A DNA stretch of 64,000 nt, taken from the human T2T-CHM13v2.0 reference genome, Homo sapiens. Every line of letters begins with the position of its first letter. The stretch's first letter is position 1. A program made the position numbers and the translations under genes. A model generated the notes under the pieces. It was not told the DNA's origin, searched no databases, and saw nothing but the letters and a program-made list of their open reading frames with translations. Positions 27,625 through 42,471 of this stretch are shown one piece after another. The stretch is taken from assembly GCF_009914755.1 (NCBI RefSeq), contig NC_060929.1; one strand, 5' to 3'.

Positions 27625-27805
27625 AAGCAGCAGTACCCAGGCACAGCTGCACATTCAAGTCATCCAGGGAGCATATTTTAAATTTCAACGCCCAGACCTT
27701 ACCCAGAAATTATTATTTGATCGTTTTGTGGGGGCTAGAAGTGCGTTTTAAAGCCTGAAGTTCCCCAGATGATCCTGAAGTGCAGCTAAGCCTAAGAACA
27801 CATGT
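27625..27805. mobile_element. MER5-family DNA transposon
   Basis: gctgcacattcaagtcatccagggagc...ttccccagatgatcctgaagtgcagc. Confidence 0.65.
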
Positions 27806-29210
27806 CTACGGAGAGATTACCAAACCTTTCCACGTGACTTCCCACATTATAATCATACTGGGGAGGCACACTGCGGTGAACTGGGAAGGCTGCTGGGGGT
27901 TGGGGATGGTGTGATGGTTTGTGGGGACAGCAAGCAGTGAGAAGTTCTGCTTGACCAGATCTCACTCAGCCATTTAGCCAATGAAGCTCTACACCCATAA
28001 GCCATGTGTGGCATTCCTGTTTATTTGTGGGAAAAAGATTTGGTTGCTGTGATCTATAGTAATAATCAGAGGAGCTTCCACAGACTGGTCGGAGATGACT
28101 AATGACATCTCAAGTGCTGAACCACTGTCCAGCCCAGTACATGGTAGGCATGGCCCTCCCAGTATGTTTCATTTGGAGATTACCCACTGCACACACACAA
28201 TTTTCAAATTGTCCATGGACTTGCTAGAAAACATATGTGCACTCAGAAGGCTAGAACCATGTAGGAATATGGGAACTATGTGTTCCTCCTATTAGGTAGC
28301 CTAAACATAGACCCACAGGACACTTTCCATAATATTAACTGACTAGTTCAAATCTACTCATCCTGATCAGCAGCCATCATCAGTAAAAGCCCATAATCAA
28401 ACTCATCAAGTAGTAAAATTTGAAGAACAGGGAAAAGGCTGCAACCTCACTGACAAGAAATGATTAATTTTAAAAGTTGCTGTCTTACTTGGGTAGGCAG
28501 GTAATACTCAATCATTCCTCCACACTCAGATCAGAACTGGGATGGAGGAGTGGAAAGCCCAACACCGAGCACTCAGATGCCACCGTGTCACCCCGTAGGA
28601 GGCTAAACAGACAGTGCTGTTTAGGAAGAATCAGCAGCAGATTGTCCTGGATTTAAATAAATTGGCTTCATGGGGAGTGGGTACAGCACATGCTCACACA
28701 TGAGCATGCCAGCACAACAAGCTGCAGAGCTTAAGGCAGGAAATACGGTAGCAATTGTGCACAGACCATGTCATGGCCCTTTTCCTTGGCCAAGATAGGG
28801 GAGCTGCCTTCTTTTTATGTAGGTCCTTTGGATACCATGTTAGGTCTTTATATACCATGTTGGGTCTTTGTGTATGGTTTAGATGATAATAACACAAGCC
28901 CACTGGGTAAGCTGCCTCCAAACCATTTGAGACTAAGGCTGTCATGACTCTATCTTGTGCTTTTTAAATTTTCTTTGCTTTGCTTTTGTTCTATTGTTGT
29001 TGTTGTTTGGTCTGAGCCACATTTTCACCTGTGAGAATTAGAGTACACAAGAGTTTCTATTATGATGCCTTTTAAAAAATATTGATGGCACCTGCCTATA
29101 GGTACAAGCAAAAAACAAAAGATTGGGAATGCATAGAATAACACTTCCTGCAAGGAAAATTTGACAATGGGAAGCATGTCAGTCTTTCCTTCTGTGTTAA
29201 ATTCAGGTTT

Positions 29211-29392
29211 TGAGGCATAATGGTGCATGCTCTAGTTTCAGCTACTCAGGAGGCTGAGGCAGGAGGATTATATGAGCCCAGGAGTTTCAGACTGTAGTTC
29301 ACTATTATTGCAGCTGTGAATAGCCACTTAACTCCAGCCTGGGCAATATTGCAAGATCCTATCTCTCTAAAAAAAAAAAAAAAGGCAAAAAA
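29211..29392 (+). mobile_element. Old Alu monomer (FAM/FRAM-like)
   Basis: cagctactcaggaggctgaggcaggagg...poly(A); flanking aaattcag repeats. Confidence 0.85.
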
Positions 29393-30102
29393 ATTCAGAC
29401 TTTTGTGTCCAGGAGATAGCATTATCCATGCATGCCATCCTAAGTAGTAGAATTATCAGAGGGATAATAATCAGCTGGGATTAGCTGATGAAAGCTCAAA
29501 TAAAAAATGTGGCTTACTTGGAGTACACATTACCTTTCCTTTTCCTAGTTTCAAATGTTATATCATTTACTGAAAGTTGAGGGACCATGAGTCTTATTCA
29601 GTCAGAATATTGATCCAAGGAATTGATCCCCTCTGTTTGTTAATGTTGGCCTTTGCCCTGTTTTCCCTAACAGAACAAACGTGGCTCAGGTTGAAATTAT
29701 TGGTGGATTATATGATAAAAGTAGAAAAACTTTGCTTACTTCACTGCAAAAATATGGGACTCCATGTGACACAGAGGTTGACTGCTCTGTAGGATATCAC
29801 AGGGGTCAAATACAAGGCTGTCTCAAACCAAACAAAAAATTAGATGAGGTGAATTGTGGTACAGGTACCCCCTGGCTTAGTCTACTCCCCTTAAGTTCAT
29901 CAGAATTCAGGGAGAGCTGTGTAAAGTAAACCAAGCATCCTTCCCAACCTGAAGAGGATCAGGCTACAGAAAAAAGCAAAATTGGAACTGTATCTGTCTA
30001 GGCATAAGAGACAACTTGGGAAGATGGGAGCAATCCCACAAAGCAAGAGCTGCCATGATTGACCCAAAGTTTCTCCAATCTCACTTAAAAAATGTAATAC
30101 AA

Positions 30103-30417
30103 GGCTGGGTGTGGTGGCACATGCCTGTAATCTCAGCACTTTGGGAGACCAAGTCGGGAGCATTACTTGAGGCCAGGAGTTCAAGACCGGCCTGGGCAAC
30201 ATTGTGAGATCTCCATCTCTACAAGTTTTTTTTCATTAGCTGGGCATGGTGGCATACACCTGTAGGCTTAGCAACTCTGGAGGCTGAGGCAAGACGATTG
30301 CTTGAGCCCAGGAGTTGGAGGGTGCGGTGAGCCATGTTTGCACTACAGCACTACTGCACTACTGCACTCCAGCCTGGGCAACAGAGAGAAACACTGTCTC
30401 AAAAAATAAAAGAAAAA
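30103..30417 (+). mobile_element. AluJ
   Basis: Dimeric; cctgggcaac and ttgagcccagg are J diagnostics. Confidence 0.92.
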
Positions 30418-33400
30418 GGCAGTATTACATGACCTAGAATTTTATGCTTACTCGATTGTTGTAATTATTTGATGCTGTTTGGCAGAAAATATTCCCCTGT
30501 TATTATGTAAAGAAATGAGCCCAGGGCGAAGATAGGATAAGGTGCAGCACAATAGAGTTGCATTGTCATTTAATGTTTAAGATCACCACTCCAACTTCCT
30601 GACAGAAAGGTGATCTGAAACATCAAATCTCTGATTGCTCTAGGAGGATCGCAAAGTATGTATCTGAAAGAGGCCATGAAAATGACTCTCATCCTAGAGG
30701 GATATATGGAATAATTTCCTCTGAGCTCCAAGTGGAAGGTAAAATAGAAGGAACACTGGAGATGTGGCATATCAGCAATTATCTATTGCAAGAGCAGTGC
30801 ACATTTGCAAGTAAGGGAGCCAATGAATCACAAAGAGTTCACAGCACAGGCTGTTTTTATTCTAACCAGGTAGCTCAATCCCTTTTAATTGTTCCGGTCA
30901 GAACCTTACTATTGACATTTCTAGAGTGTACTAAAATGAAATAGAAACAAGGAAATTTGCTTTTTGGCCCCGTGGCATTAAGTGCCAAGAAAGTTTAATT
31001 TTGGAGGTACTGTTACAACAACTAACATAGCACTGGGGACACAGAAGAAATCAGACCCATCTGGTCAAGGAAACAAAAACAAAAATGTTCATTGAAACAT
31101 TGTCTATAACAACTCAAAATTAGAAACAAGACTAAAATGTCCATCATCTAGCTAAATGAATCGCATGAATGCTCCATAGAACATGATAGGGAAGGCAAAA
31201 TAAGTAAATTTAAGCCATGTGTTTCAAAATCATAATATTGGGCCAATAAAAGCAGTTTACAGAATGGTACTTCATAAAATGTTACTTGCTAAAAATCTAT
31301 ATTTTATTTATGGATGTATGTGTTTAATAACGATAAAATGCATGCATAGAAGTGATAAACAACACATTTAAGGTAGCACTTACCTTGAAGGAGACCTCTG
31401 GCCTCCTCCAAGGTGAATGGGAAGGGGAGAAAGGGATACCCAGGTGACTGTAATTGTTTCTGCAGGTTTTATTTCTTTGAAATAACTAAAACAGGTTTAG
31501 AAAATGTCAAGATTTCATTGAACTCATTGGTGAGCAGGTATTCAGTGTTATTTTCTATACTGCTCTGCATGTTTGAAATATACCAGAAAATATTTAAAAA
31601 AATACCAGAAAACAGTGTGTGTTATGGGGCGGGCAGATTACAGTGGAAGATAGCAATATGCAAAAAAAAAAATGGGCAAGAAACAGAACAAAGTTATTTA
31701 TGATGGATAAGAGTCACTGTTTCTGGGTTTAGCTCTTAGGTTTGATAAAGAGGTAGTCACTTTTAGAAGAATAGAGTGGAAGAATTGCATTATCACAGTG
31801 AAAGGTTATACCATTCTTTCAGTGTTGCATTGTAAAATTCATCATTAAATAAGAAAAGAAATAAAGGAAAAACCAAAAAATGTGTCATAAATGGGGTCTT
31901 TTTATACAGCAATCAAATTAGAAAGACACATAAAAGTTAGAAGATGTTGCATGGGTAGATTGATGAGAGAGGAAATTTGGATTAGAGGAAGGAAATGTAT
32001 TACAATTATTAGAAAAATAATTTGTAAAGTTAGTGAATTTAGAGAAAAGTGTATATGTTACCAAAATATTTTAGGGAAACAAATACAAGGAGAGAAAACA
32101 ACAAGAAGTGTAGAAGTTTTGCATTTTTGCAACAAAAGAAAAGAGAGAGAGAGAGAGAAGAGGCACAAAAGGACTGTAGGAATTTAGGCCAATTAGGTTC
32201 CAGTTTTCTCTAAAAGAAACTACATCTGTCTTTGCCTTCACTGGGCTTCTTTCCTTTTTGATAGCATTTTACTAAGAAACCACCTGAAAAACAATAACTT
32301 GTTCTTCAAGGTACAGAAGCACTTTATGAAGGTGGTTCCACCTCAGAGGAAAGTTGGAGAAACCATGAACAGGGATGTGTGGATGAAACAAAATGTCAGA
32401 GTGAGGAGGCGGAGAGAAAAGCAAGGTCCTGGCTCTGGATCCAGATCACCAGTTGTGCCCTTGGTATTGCTGCTGGGAACACCCTCGGCCTGGTCATTCT
32501 TCTTCAGAGGAAATATATGCTCTAGAAAAGTCTCTTGGATTTTTTGCAGTGTCATGGTATTTGTTCATCAGAACATAAAATGCAAAATACGCCGAAAGAC
32601 TCTTTACCAATCCAATAAGCAAGCAGGCAAACAAACAAAAACCCTTAAGCCTGCTTCGTTTAGTTAGTTTAGTGAGTGTCCTGTGTAAGCCAGCAAGCAA
32701 CTAGAAGTTGGAATCCAGAGCAGAACAGTGAATTAATGCCCCCACTTCCACAACAGCTCAAGCAAGTGTGCACACAGAGTTAGGAGGGGCAGCCTGCAGA
32801 GAAATCTGGAAACCATACTCATCTTCTACAGAAGGGGCCAATGCAAGTCCTCTCCGCCTCTTTCTCTACAGGCTCGGTCCTCATCAATTTTTTCCAAAAT
32901 AGCCCAGCACAGAGTATGAGACAAGAGTGGCAGACACTCACCCCAGCTCCTTCACCAACTATGTGACTTTGAGGCCCAGCAAGGCTGAGGGCCTTGATCG
33001 AAACCCAACAGGCAGTTACTGGCACGTCTCCATTATCGCTCCTCTTTATATACCACTACCTTATTTGAAAAATGACATTTTTTCCTGGCAAAAATTGACA
33101 AATAAATGATTGTCTCCTTCTTTCTAATTAGTTTAACTAACTAAACAGAACAGATTTAAGGAGGGTTTTTTATTTGTTTTTTGCTGATTGGACCGGCAAG
33201 AGTCTTTGGGTATATTCCTCAATTTTTGCTCCAATAACCAAATTCCAGATTTCTTCTTGAGTATATTTTGAGATTTAAAAAGCCTTCCTAAACTTAGTCA
33301 AAATGTTTTAATTGCATTCAAACAGCCCATACTATGTTATCACATGGCAAAGGCCAAAGTAATTGAGGCTGAATGAAACAGGATGCTTGCTGTATTTTTT

Positions 33401-33499
33401 TTTAAGGAAACATACACACATGGAGAATCTTTAAAAGAATAGAATGTTTGAGTTCGGTGCTCTGGTAACAAAAAGCTATTCTGTTTTAGCATTTATTTA

Positions 33500-33682
33500 T
33501 TAGTGATGCTCAATGCTGACTACACAGGCAGATCACCTGGAGAGCTTTGAAAATATCCTGATGCCAGGGCACCATCCCTGACCAATTAAAGTGATCTCTC
33601 TGGACGTAGGCACTAGGCATTGGCAAATTTTAAAAACTCCCTAGGTGATTTCTAATATGCAGTCAGGGTTGAGAACCACTGA
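33500..33682. mobile_element. MER5-family DNA transposon
   Basis: atcacctggagagcttt...ctccctaggtgatttctaatatgcagtcagggttgagaaccactg. Confidence 0.8.
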
Positions 33683-36600
33683 TTTAGACATTGCTGTCCC
33701 AATTAATATTTAAATAGTCACAGCCCGTTAGCTCCACTAATCCAGTTGCATTACCACCGGCATACAAAAGATTATTTTTTAAATACCATATGAAAAGGAA
33801 GATCAATGGACTCATGAAGTACAAGTTACTCTGTAATCCTTCTGATGAACTGTCCATTCTGGGAGTCCTCTGGTGTTTTAACTCATTGCCTGGGCTTTTG
33901 TAGAACTGAAAGTGTTAATCCCTTTTCACGGACTCTAGTGCAAACCTTGATATTGAATAAGCCACTGAGTTGTGTGCTTAAGATCTTTGCTTCATTAAGT
34001 CATCAGATATTCCTGGCAGCAGAAGAGTGGCAAGATGTCAACCTGAGATTTGCTGAGCCAAAAGAATTAGCTTTTACCGTATTTCTAAAGATGAATGTGC
34101 TCTTAAACAGCATGTCCATTAGCCCCAATACTCTAATGAATGTATGGGTTGACAGACACAATAATTGGCATAGTTCAGAGTGTAAGAGAATCAATTTGAT
34201 GAATCAGAATAAGGTCAAGTGAAAGAAGAAACAAGGATTTAGTTTGCACATATTTCTAACCATAGCAACAAGAAAGATTAAATAGTAAAAAGCAGGATTA
34301 GGTAGTCTTTGATAATCCATCAACGTGGGGCCCTCTCATTTCATTAATACTAATCAATAGAAAGGTGGCTGCACTATAAAACAGTGGCACTCAAGTTCCA
34401 TAGGAGTCCCTGTGTATCCTAGCAATGTCTTTTTTTTTTCTTTAGAAGTCTGGGAATCTTATCTGTGGTAGCTAATCTCTGGAATTTCTGGCCTTTTCTC
34501 GTCATTACCACCCAATGAGATAATTCACTTGGAACAGTAGATGATTTTATTTCCCCACTGGGTTGATCATCACTTTTTCTCGGAAAATATCAGCCCCGAC
34601 CTTAAATGTATCAGGGCTTTCCCTGTTGTCTATGGAAACATTTATAGCACTCAGGTATAATTCTTCTGATTGAAATATGTTTTGCTTCCACTCTTCTGTG
34701 AAACAATAAAGGCAGATTGCAGAGTGAGCCCTTTTATTCCTCCTAAAAGGACCTGCTGTGAACTACAAAAGAGAAATACAAAAGTAAATCACTTAAAACT
34801 AACATGAGACCTGCTCACTCCTGCTGGGTCATACTAAAAGAGACTTCCTTCTTTCCTGGCAGTAACTAAGGGAGGTCTAATTTCTAACCGAGCTTGACAT
34901 GTGTCTGAGACAAAGTTTTAGTCATGCTTGGCTTCCCCTTCTCAGGAATCTCTTGTTTAATTTAACTCGATGACTTTGGATTGTAAAGGAGGAACTGATC
35001 CTAAACCTGAGTTAGATGAAAAGAATCCAAACAGAAACTTAAAACCATTTCTACCTCCTCTGCATTCCAACTTTGCCATAATGAAGAAAAACAAATCAAG
35101 CTAGAAGAAAGGGATCTCTTTCCCTGATGGAATCAGAGATTTGAGGGTTAAAAAACTGGAATTGATTGTGATAAGCTATTTGTAATTTTTGAAAGGTGCT
35201 TTTCATGACTGATAACTATCTCATGGCCTATTTTTTTAATAAATTCCAAACAGATTTGGCTTAAAAACACACACGATAGAAAGTTGATGGGTATGCTACT
35301 GACGGGCAGGGATGATGGGCAAAGCTACAGGGTTATAATGCTGAGCTAGTTAAAATAATACAGGCTAGATCTCATCTTCTTTAGTTACCCACCTCTGTAT
35401 TTTTTCAATTGGTCAATTAACAAAAATGTTTCATATGAGTACTAAGTTCTTCATATTACAAGACATACAGAAAAGTTATATGGCCACTTCTACCTCAAGC
35501 AGCTTAACTTCTGCTGGAGAGATCAAAACACCTTTAAACAAGTTATGTTTTAGCAGTGGCAAAGACTGTCGGGCTATGTTTAAGGGAATTGTGAATTATA
35601 GAGTCCACTGCCTTCTCTTCTGTGTTTCAGCAGTTTCCTGCTTCACAAAGTTAAGGGACAATTTGACTTGTGCCTATTTGGGGACTGGTCCTTATATCCT
35701 TGGGAAAATTCTCTCTGTAAATTATTCTTCATTTTATGTCAGATGAACCCAATCCAACCCAATCCAATATTCTCTGGTGGCTTTCACAGATTTTTGACCC
35801 CATTGTGAGAAAAGTATTTTACATCATGGTATCACACACACTATAGTCATATAACTGATAGAAAATTTTGATGAAACTGTTGTAAGCTTTACAATGCATG
35901 ATCCCCTCTGACACTTTCTATTTGATTTAACTTTATTAGACTTCCTTTAAAAAAAAACCCTACTGATCATGACCCACTGAATTGATTTTACAACTCATGA
36001 ATGGGGTCATCCTGCTACAGTTTAAAAAACGTTATTTCAGAGTCTAGATCTTTATGTGGAATGGGCCTAGTGAAATGGGTCATGGACTTAAGGATCAGAC
36101 ACCCCTTAAATAAATTACAACTAGTTTTCAAACAGGGGCTTTAAAAATATGAGTTCACTTCATAAGCACCTGTAAGCATGGGTCATAGATACACGCTTGA
36201 ATCAGCCTTAAGTCCTTATGCACTTCATACTTTCAGCTTGAGCGAGTCAGAGATTTGTTTTTCCAACTTTGCAACCTTTGGGCACTACCTCCAGCTTCTA
36301 ATATTAAAACTGAAGCTTCATTAGACAAAACTCGTTTTGATATCTGGCTTCCACCACAGTCCTAGTGTTGCTACTTAGGGTCAATTTAAAGAAATAAAGT
36401 GCCCCTGGGCATGAACAATCCACTGGTTTTCTCATCAGGCACCACAAACTCAAGGGCAGACCTCTCCAATACACTTCTCGGAAATATGAAGATCTTTAAA
36501 ACATTTGGCCTTAGGATCCTAAAATTGTGGATATCTTGAACTGAAATTAAAATTAAAGAGATAGAAGGGGAAGATAAAATAATCTGTCTTAATGCTGAAG

Positions 36601-36797
36601 ACTGAATCCAATATTCAAATGCATAAAATTTCTAATGAAAAAAACATCAAATTACTTTCAGTCCAAGGGCAGCAGAAATTCCTTGTTAACAAAAGAAGCA
36701 CATTAGAGATAGTCTGTGTTATTACAGGAAAGATACATTTTATCTCATTATTTACACAGGGGACACAATTAACCAATTGGATTAGTAATGGACCTAG

Positions 36798-37327
36798 TTT
36801 GTTTTTTGTTTGTTTTTTTTTGTTTTTTTTTTTTGGCAGTTGCAAGATTTAATAGAGTGAAATAGAGTGAAAACAGAGCTCCCATACAACGGGAGGGGAC
36901 CCAAAGGGGGTTGCCGTTGCTGGCTCAAATGCCTGGGTTTATATCCCGATCCTTGTCCCTCCCACTGTGCTCTCAGGCAATAGATGATTGGCTATTTATT
37001 TATCTCCTGCTTTTGCCTAATTAGCATTTTAGTGAGCTCTCTGATTGGTTGGGTGTGAACTAAGTTTCAAGCCCCGTGTTTAAAGGTGGATGCGGTCACC
37101 TTCCCAGCTAGGCTTAGGGATTCTTAGTCGGCCTAGGAAATCCAGGTAGTCCTGTCTCTCAGTCCCCCCTCTCAACAGGAAAACCCAAGTGCTGTTGGGG
37201 AGGTTGGCCAATGAACGCTCTAACTGCTTCCTGTTGAATTGGGGTGTAGTAGGGGTTGTGCAGTTGAGATTTCCTCGGGAGGGGTGCCTTCGATGTCATT
37301 AACATCAGAGCATGGGCTGGCAGGCCG
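36798..37327 (-). pseudogene. HERV-W (HERV17/LTR17) processed retrocopy, 5'-truncated: env 3' end, PPT, U3-R and poly(A)
   Basis: Minus strand 37327-37220 encodes RPASPCSDVNDIEGTPPEEISTAQPLLHPNSTGSS*, like the syncytin-1/HERV-W Env C-terminus. The LTR starts TGAGAGACAGGAC at 37161 and ends ATTAAATCTTGCAACTGCC at 36835 with no U5. A-rich tail 36798-36834; TSD GTAATGGACCTAG at 36785-36797 and 37328-37340. Confidence 0.95.
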
Positions 37328-37495
37328 GTAATGGACCTAGATTTTTATCATTTGTTTGCAGTCTGACTTGACAGGTGGAAAATGTAAAGATTATCATTCA
37401 TTTAGTAAACACCTATTGAGCATTTCCTGCATACCAAACACTATCCTACGCTCTGAGGAAGCAGATGAGCAAGCCAGGCACTGTCATAAAGATCT

Positions 37496-38653
37496 CTAAG
37501 ACCTTAAACCATAAAAACCCTAGAAGAAAACCTAGGCAATATCATTCAGGACATAGGCATGGGCAAAGACTTCATGACTACAACACCAAAAGCAATTGCA
37601 ACAAAAGCCAGAATTGACAAATGGGATCTAATTAAACTAAAGAGCTTCTGCACAGCAAAAGAAACTACCATCAGAGTAAACAGGCAACCTACAGAATAGG
37701 AGAAAATGTTTGCAATCTATTCATCTGACAAAGGGCCAATATCCAGAATCTACAAGGAACTTAAACAAATTTATAAGAAAAAAACAAACAACCCCATCAA
37801 AAATTGGGCAAAGGATATAAACAGACACTTCTCGAAAGAAGACATTTATGTGGCCAACAAACATACGCAAAAAAGCTCCTCATCATTAAAGAAATGCAAA
37901 TCAAGACCACAATGAGATACCATCTCACACCAGTTAGAATGGCGATCATTAAAAAGTCAGGAAACAATAGATGCTGGAGAGGATGTGGAGAAATAGGAAT
38001 GCTCTTACACTGTTGGTGGGAGTGTAAATTAGCTCAACCATTGTAGAAGACAGTGTGGCGATTCTTCAAGGATCTAGAGCCAGAAATACCATTTGACCCA
38101 GCAATCCCATTACTGGGTATATACCCAAAGGATTATGAATCATTCTACTATAAAGACACATGCACACATATGTTTATTGCAGCACTATTTACAATAGCAA
38201 AGACTTGGAACCAACCCAAATGTCCATCAATGATAGACTGGATAAAGAAAATGTGACACATATACACCATGGAATACTATGTAGCCATAAAAAAGGATGA
38301 CTTCATGTCCTTTGCAGGGACATGGATGAAGCTGGAAACCATCATTCTCAGCAAACTATCACAAGAACAGAAAACCAAACACCACATGTTCTCACTCATA
38401 AGTGGGAGTTGACCAATGAGAACACATGGACACAGGGAGGGGAACATCACACACTGGGGCCTGTTAGGGGGTGGGGGGCAAGCATTAGGGAAAACATTAG
38501 GACAAATATCTAATCCATGTGGGGCTTAAAATCTAGATGACGGGTTGATGTGTGAGCAAACCACCACGGCACACATATACCTACGTAATAAACCTGCATG
38601 TTCTGCACGTGTATCCCAGAATGTAAAGTACAACTTTAAAAAAAAAAAAAAAA
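37496..38653 (+). mobile_element. 5'-truncated L1PA (about L1PA7/8): ORF2 3' remnant, 3'UTR and poly(A)
   Basis: Broken L1 ORF2 peptides ([44 protein letters not shown]); G-rich 3'UTR; poly(A). Confidence 0.95.
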
Positions 38654-38661
38654 TCTGTATT

Positions 38662-38971
<310 letters not shown>

Positions 38972-41900
38972 GGTCTGTATTTCACTGGGTGAAGGCAGCC
39001 TAAGCACAAGAATAATAAATAAGGGAGGCGAGCACTCTTAATGGTAAGGGTATGGAGTTAATTGAAAGAGGTGATATGATGTCATATGCGCTACTACCGA
39101 CAGATTGGTTAGGGAGAGCCTCTCTGCAAATGTGACGATGTAATCAACAGGTATGTGACAGTGGAGGGTGGGCACGGAGTGAATGGAGGAATGAGCAGTG
39201 CCCACCGAGGAACAGGCCTGCGGGGTGAGTGGTACCAGGGTGTAGTAGGCAAGAGGGGGAGCAGTGCAAGATGATGTATGGGAGAAGGTGGGGATCACAT
39301 CATGTTTGGATTGTATCTTAAGTAGTATTAAAAGCCTTTACAGTGTTTCAGGCTAATCTGACCCTACTTTTAAAAGACCACCCTGATTGTCATGTGGAGA
39401 GTGGATTGCAGGGAAATCAGAGTGGAAGCCAGGAGGCCAATTAGAAAGCAGCTGTGGTAGCCAGGAGAGAGATGCCATTACCTTAGACTAGGGTGGCAAT
39501 GGCAGGAGCTTTATTACTTGATGATAATAGGTGATGTAGCTGATCTGAGGGTGAAGGTAAAATGATGCACATAAAAAGCGATCTGCGTGGCATGTCATTC
39601 TGTGAATGCCTCAAGAATAAAGCAGAAAACAAACGCAGGGATAGAGATTTCACCTCTCATTCCTGTGTACATTTTCAAGATGCGAACAATTGTCATTCTG
39701 GCATTTTCTTTGCACTGGAAGTCTCAGAAACCACCATTGTTCTCAATCCTTGTTAAACTAGGGTATCATACATGATAGGGCTCAGGATAAAATGAGCTTG
39801 AGAATCGTTCATCAAAGAGGCTTGGTTCCATAAAGAACTCACCACAAGAGAGTAAGGGATTAAAATGCTGAAAAGAAACTGGGAGAACTGAGAGAGAAAA
39901 ACAGTAATTAAGAAACAAATTATGAACAGAAGTTTCTAGAAAGTCAAGAAAGAAAGAGGAAACAGAAAGAAACTTTAAAACGTACCCAAATGCTCTGATC
40001 AAAACTCTTCTTAAGCCAGCAAGCAGCAATATCAAACTATGACTTCTGCAAGTCAGGATGGTATTTCAAAAGGCCCCCAGAAATCATCAAGCCTTCAAAA
40101 ACATTTGTAGAATCAGATTGAATTCAACTGAATTTTACAGAGAAGGAATTTGTGCCTTTATCCTCCCTAAGAGAGCTTCGTTGGTGATTTCAACTCCATG
40201 CTAACCACAAAGTTTGATGCATTAAAATAATAATCTAATTTCAAAAGTGCCCAAGAATAAGTCTCTGCCATCCATTTCTCTCTATGAGTTTATGTTCTGG
40301 AAATTTCTTTGTAAACTCCTTTTGTTATTCAATATGTGAGGATATACCTTCTTGTTATAAATTGACATTCATTGAGAGTTAACTTTTCACAGTTGGAGGG
40401 TTTTTGCACCTTAGGTTACTTTAGAAACCATTACTCAGATTACCTTTAAGTTTCGTTACTTAGTTAAACAAATTATCCCTATTTCCTCCTCTTCTAGACT
40501 CACATTTTTATAATTGAAACCGCTCTTCCTTGAGGCATATACTTCATTTTGTCCCTACTTTGGCTGGTTGCCTTTTCCCTTCATAGTAACCAGAATTAAT
40601 TTTAATCAGAATTTCTCCTCTACAGGTTTCCTTAACATCAACATTATAGTAATGTAGCTTTTTATTTCAAAAAAGAAATGTAGTTATGATTCCTTGGGCT
40701 ATGATGTACATAATTTCCATAAAATAAGCTTTTATAAAAGCCAAGATATTCTGTGTCTTTTTTTTCAGTGCTCACTTGATCACATTTTATAAATACTTTC
40801 AGGTCTATGCCATTTATAACACCACGTATTTCTTGTCCACTTAAACCTGACTCATTGCACTTGGCTCATTCCTAGGACTAATATCCAAAAAGGCTAAAAC
40901 CACGGGAAGTAGGAAGCTGCTAGAGAAGGGATTCTTGTTACACCAAGAGCCAATCTCTGGTTCTTCTCAGCTATGCTGTGATTATCCCAATCAGTATCTC
41001 ACAAGTTAAACATACAAGTTTCAGCTCTCTATTCATCTAACCGTTCTTAGAAAAAAAACTTTTCCCATCCCATCTGTTCTTTATGATTGGCTCTTCAAAA
41101 CGTAAGATTAAGTAGGACAAAGAGGATCTTATATGTATAATTTAAAATAAATGGGATTTGAGACCTAAATTATTCAATTAATTGCTTAATTGTTCACTTT
41201 CAAGTGAGAGAGTGATTAAAGAAGAGGCAGAAGAAAAGAGAAGGCTTCTATAAATAAAATACAATTTTTTTGAGAGCCTGACAGAGGAGTTTTAAAAATA
41301 AACCCAAATTGTTCAATTGTCTCTACATTTTGACAGGAGTATAACCCCAAACAAAAATTGTGAAAAAGAGACTCTTAGCTATTCTGGGGGCCATTCTCTC
41401 CCATAACATGGTCAGTAGGATCTTATTACATTTGCATAGCTGACAGTGGCAGGCAAAAAAAAGAAAGAGAAAAAAAAACCACCCTAAAATTGAACAATAT
41501 AAAACAAACAAAACTAATGAATAAAATCTGCACTTCTTGTATGCTGCAGATGCCAAAATTATAATGCATAACAGTCTATTTTTTTCTAAATTAAACAAGA
41601 CTCTTTGTGTCTGCCCTCTAGGGAAGGTTAATTAATTCATATCAGGGGAGAAATAATTCCTCTGGCACCTTCCTTCCCCTTACAGATGGTGGAGGAGGGG
41701 AGATTGGGACAAGCCAGAGCAGTCTGTCCATTGGCAAGCACAGGGTATCAGGGAGTATTATAATATGCAGATTTAGGCTCGGAGAGACCCCAAATGCTGC
41801 CCTTGATAAGGTAGAAGAGATTTGTTGGAAAACATGGTGTTTCCAGGAGCCAGAAGAAAGGAGAGAGATTGAATGAGAGCCAAATGCATTGGAGGCTAGA

Positions 41901-42471
41901 GACTGTCAAAGAGAGTTACTCAAGGATTTTAGACAATCTATGAATTTGCCAAATAATCAATTATAAGTTGTTTGTATTACAATGGCTCCTACATCTTACA
42001 GATGCATTAATAAAGTTCACTATACATGTGGACTTTTTAATGGGCACGGGGGCTGGGGATCAAGGAAGAGGAACATTGTCACATTTGGAAAACCAAGGCA
42101 TACAATAGGGTGGCACACTTGGAATAGCAAAGTAACTCATAAAATTGGCAGCTGCAGTTGAAGCCAGAGATGCCTCAAGAAACCAGAGAAGGATGCTAGA
42201 GTTCAATGACAAATGGGTTTGGCTTCATCAAGACAATGTCACTTGCATTTAAATATAAAGAAGAAAGAAGAAAAGACAGGAAAAGACAGGGAGCTGGAGA
42301 AGAAGTGAGGAAGGAAGGAGAAAAGGAAGAAAGCAAGGGAGGAAGGAAGAAAGAGATAAAGTTACCTCACTGAAATTTCAATATTTGTCCCTAGGATCTT
42401 GAGATGAAATTAATACTGTCTATAAATCATAACTTTCTGGCACCACCATCTGACTAATACAGTACACCCCC

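Noticed and set aside
37220-37327. Syncytin/ERVW-1 gene
   Set aside because: Only the last 35 env codons are present, with no start codon, SU or TM domains.
41607-41626. CTCF-like motif (reverse complement TCCCTAGAGGGCAG)
   Set aside because: Imperfect match; cannot be supported without scoring or ChIP data.
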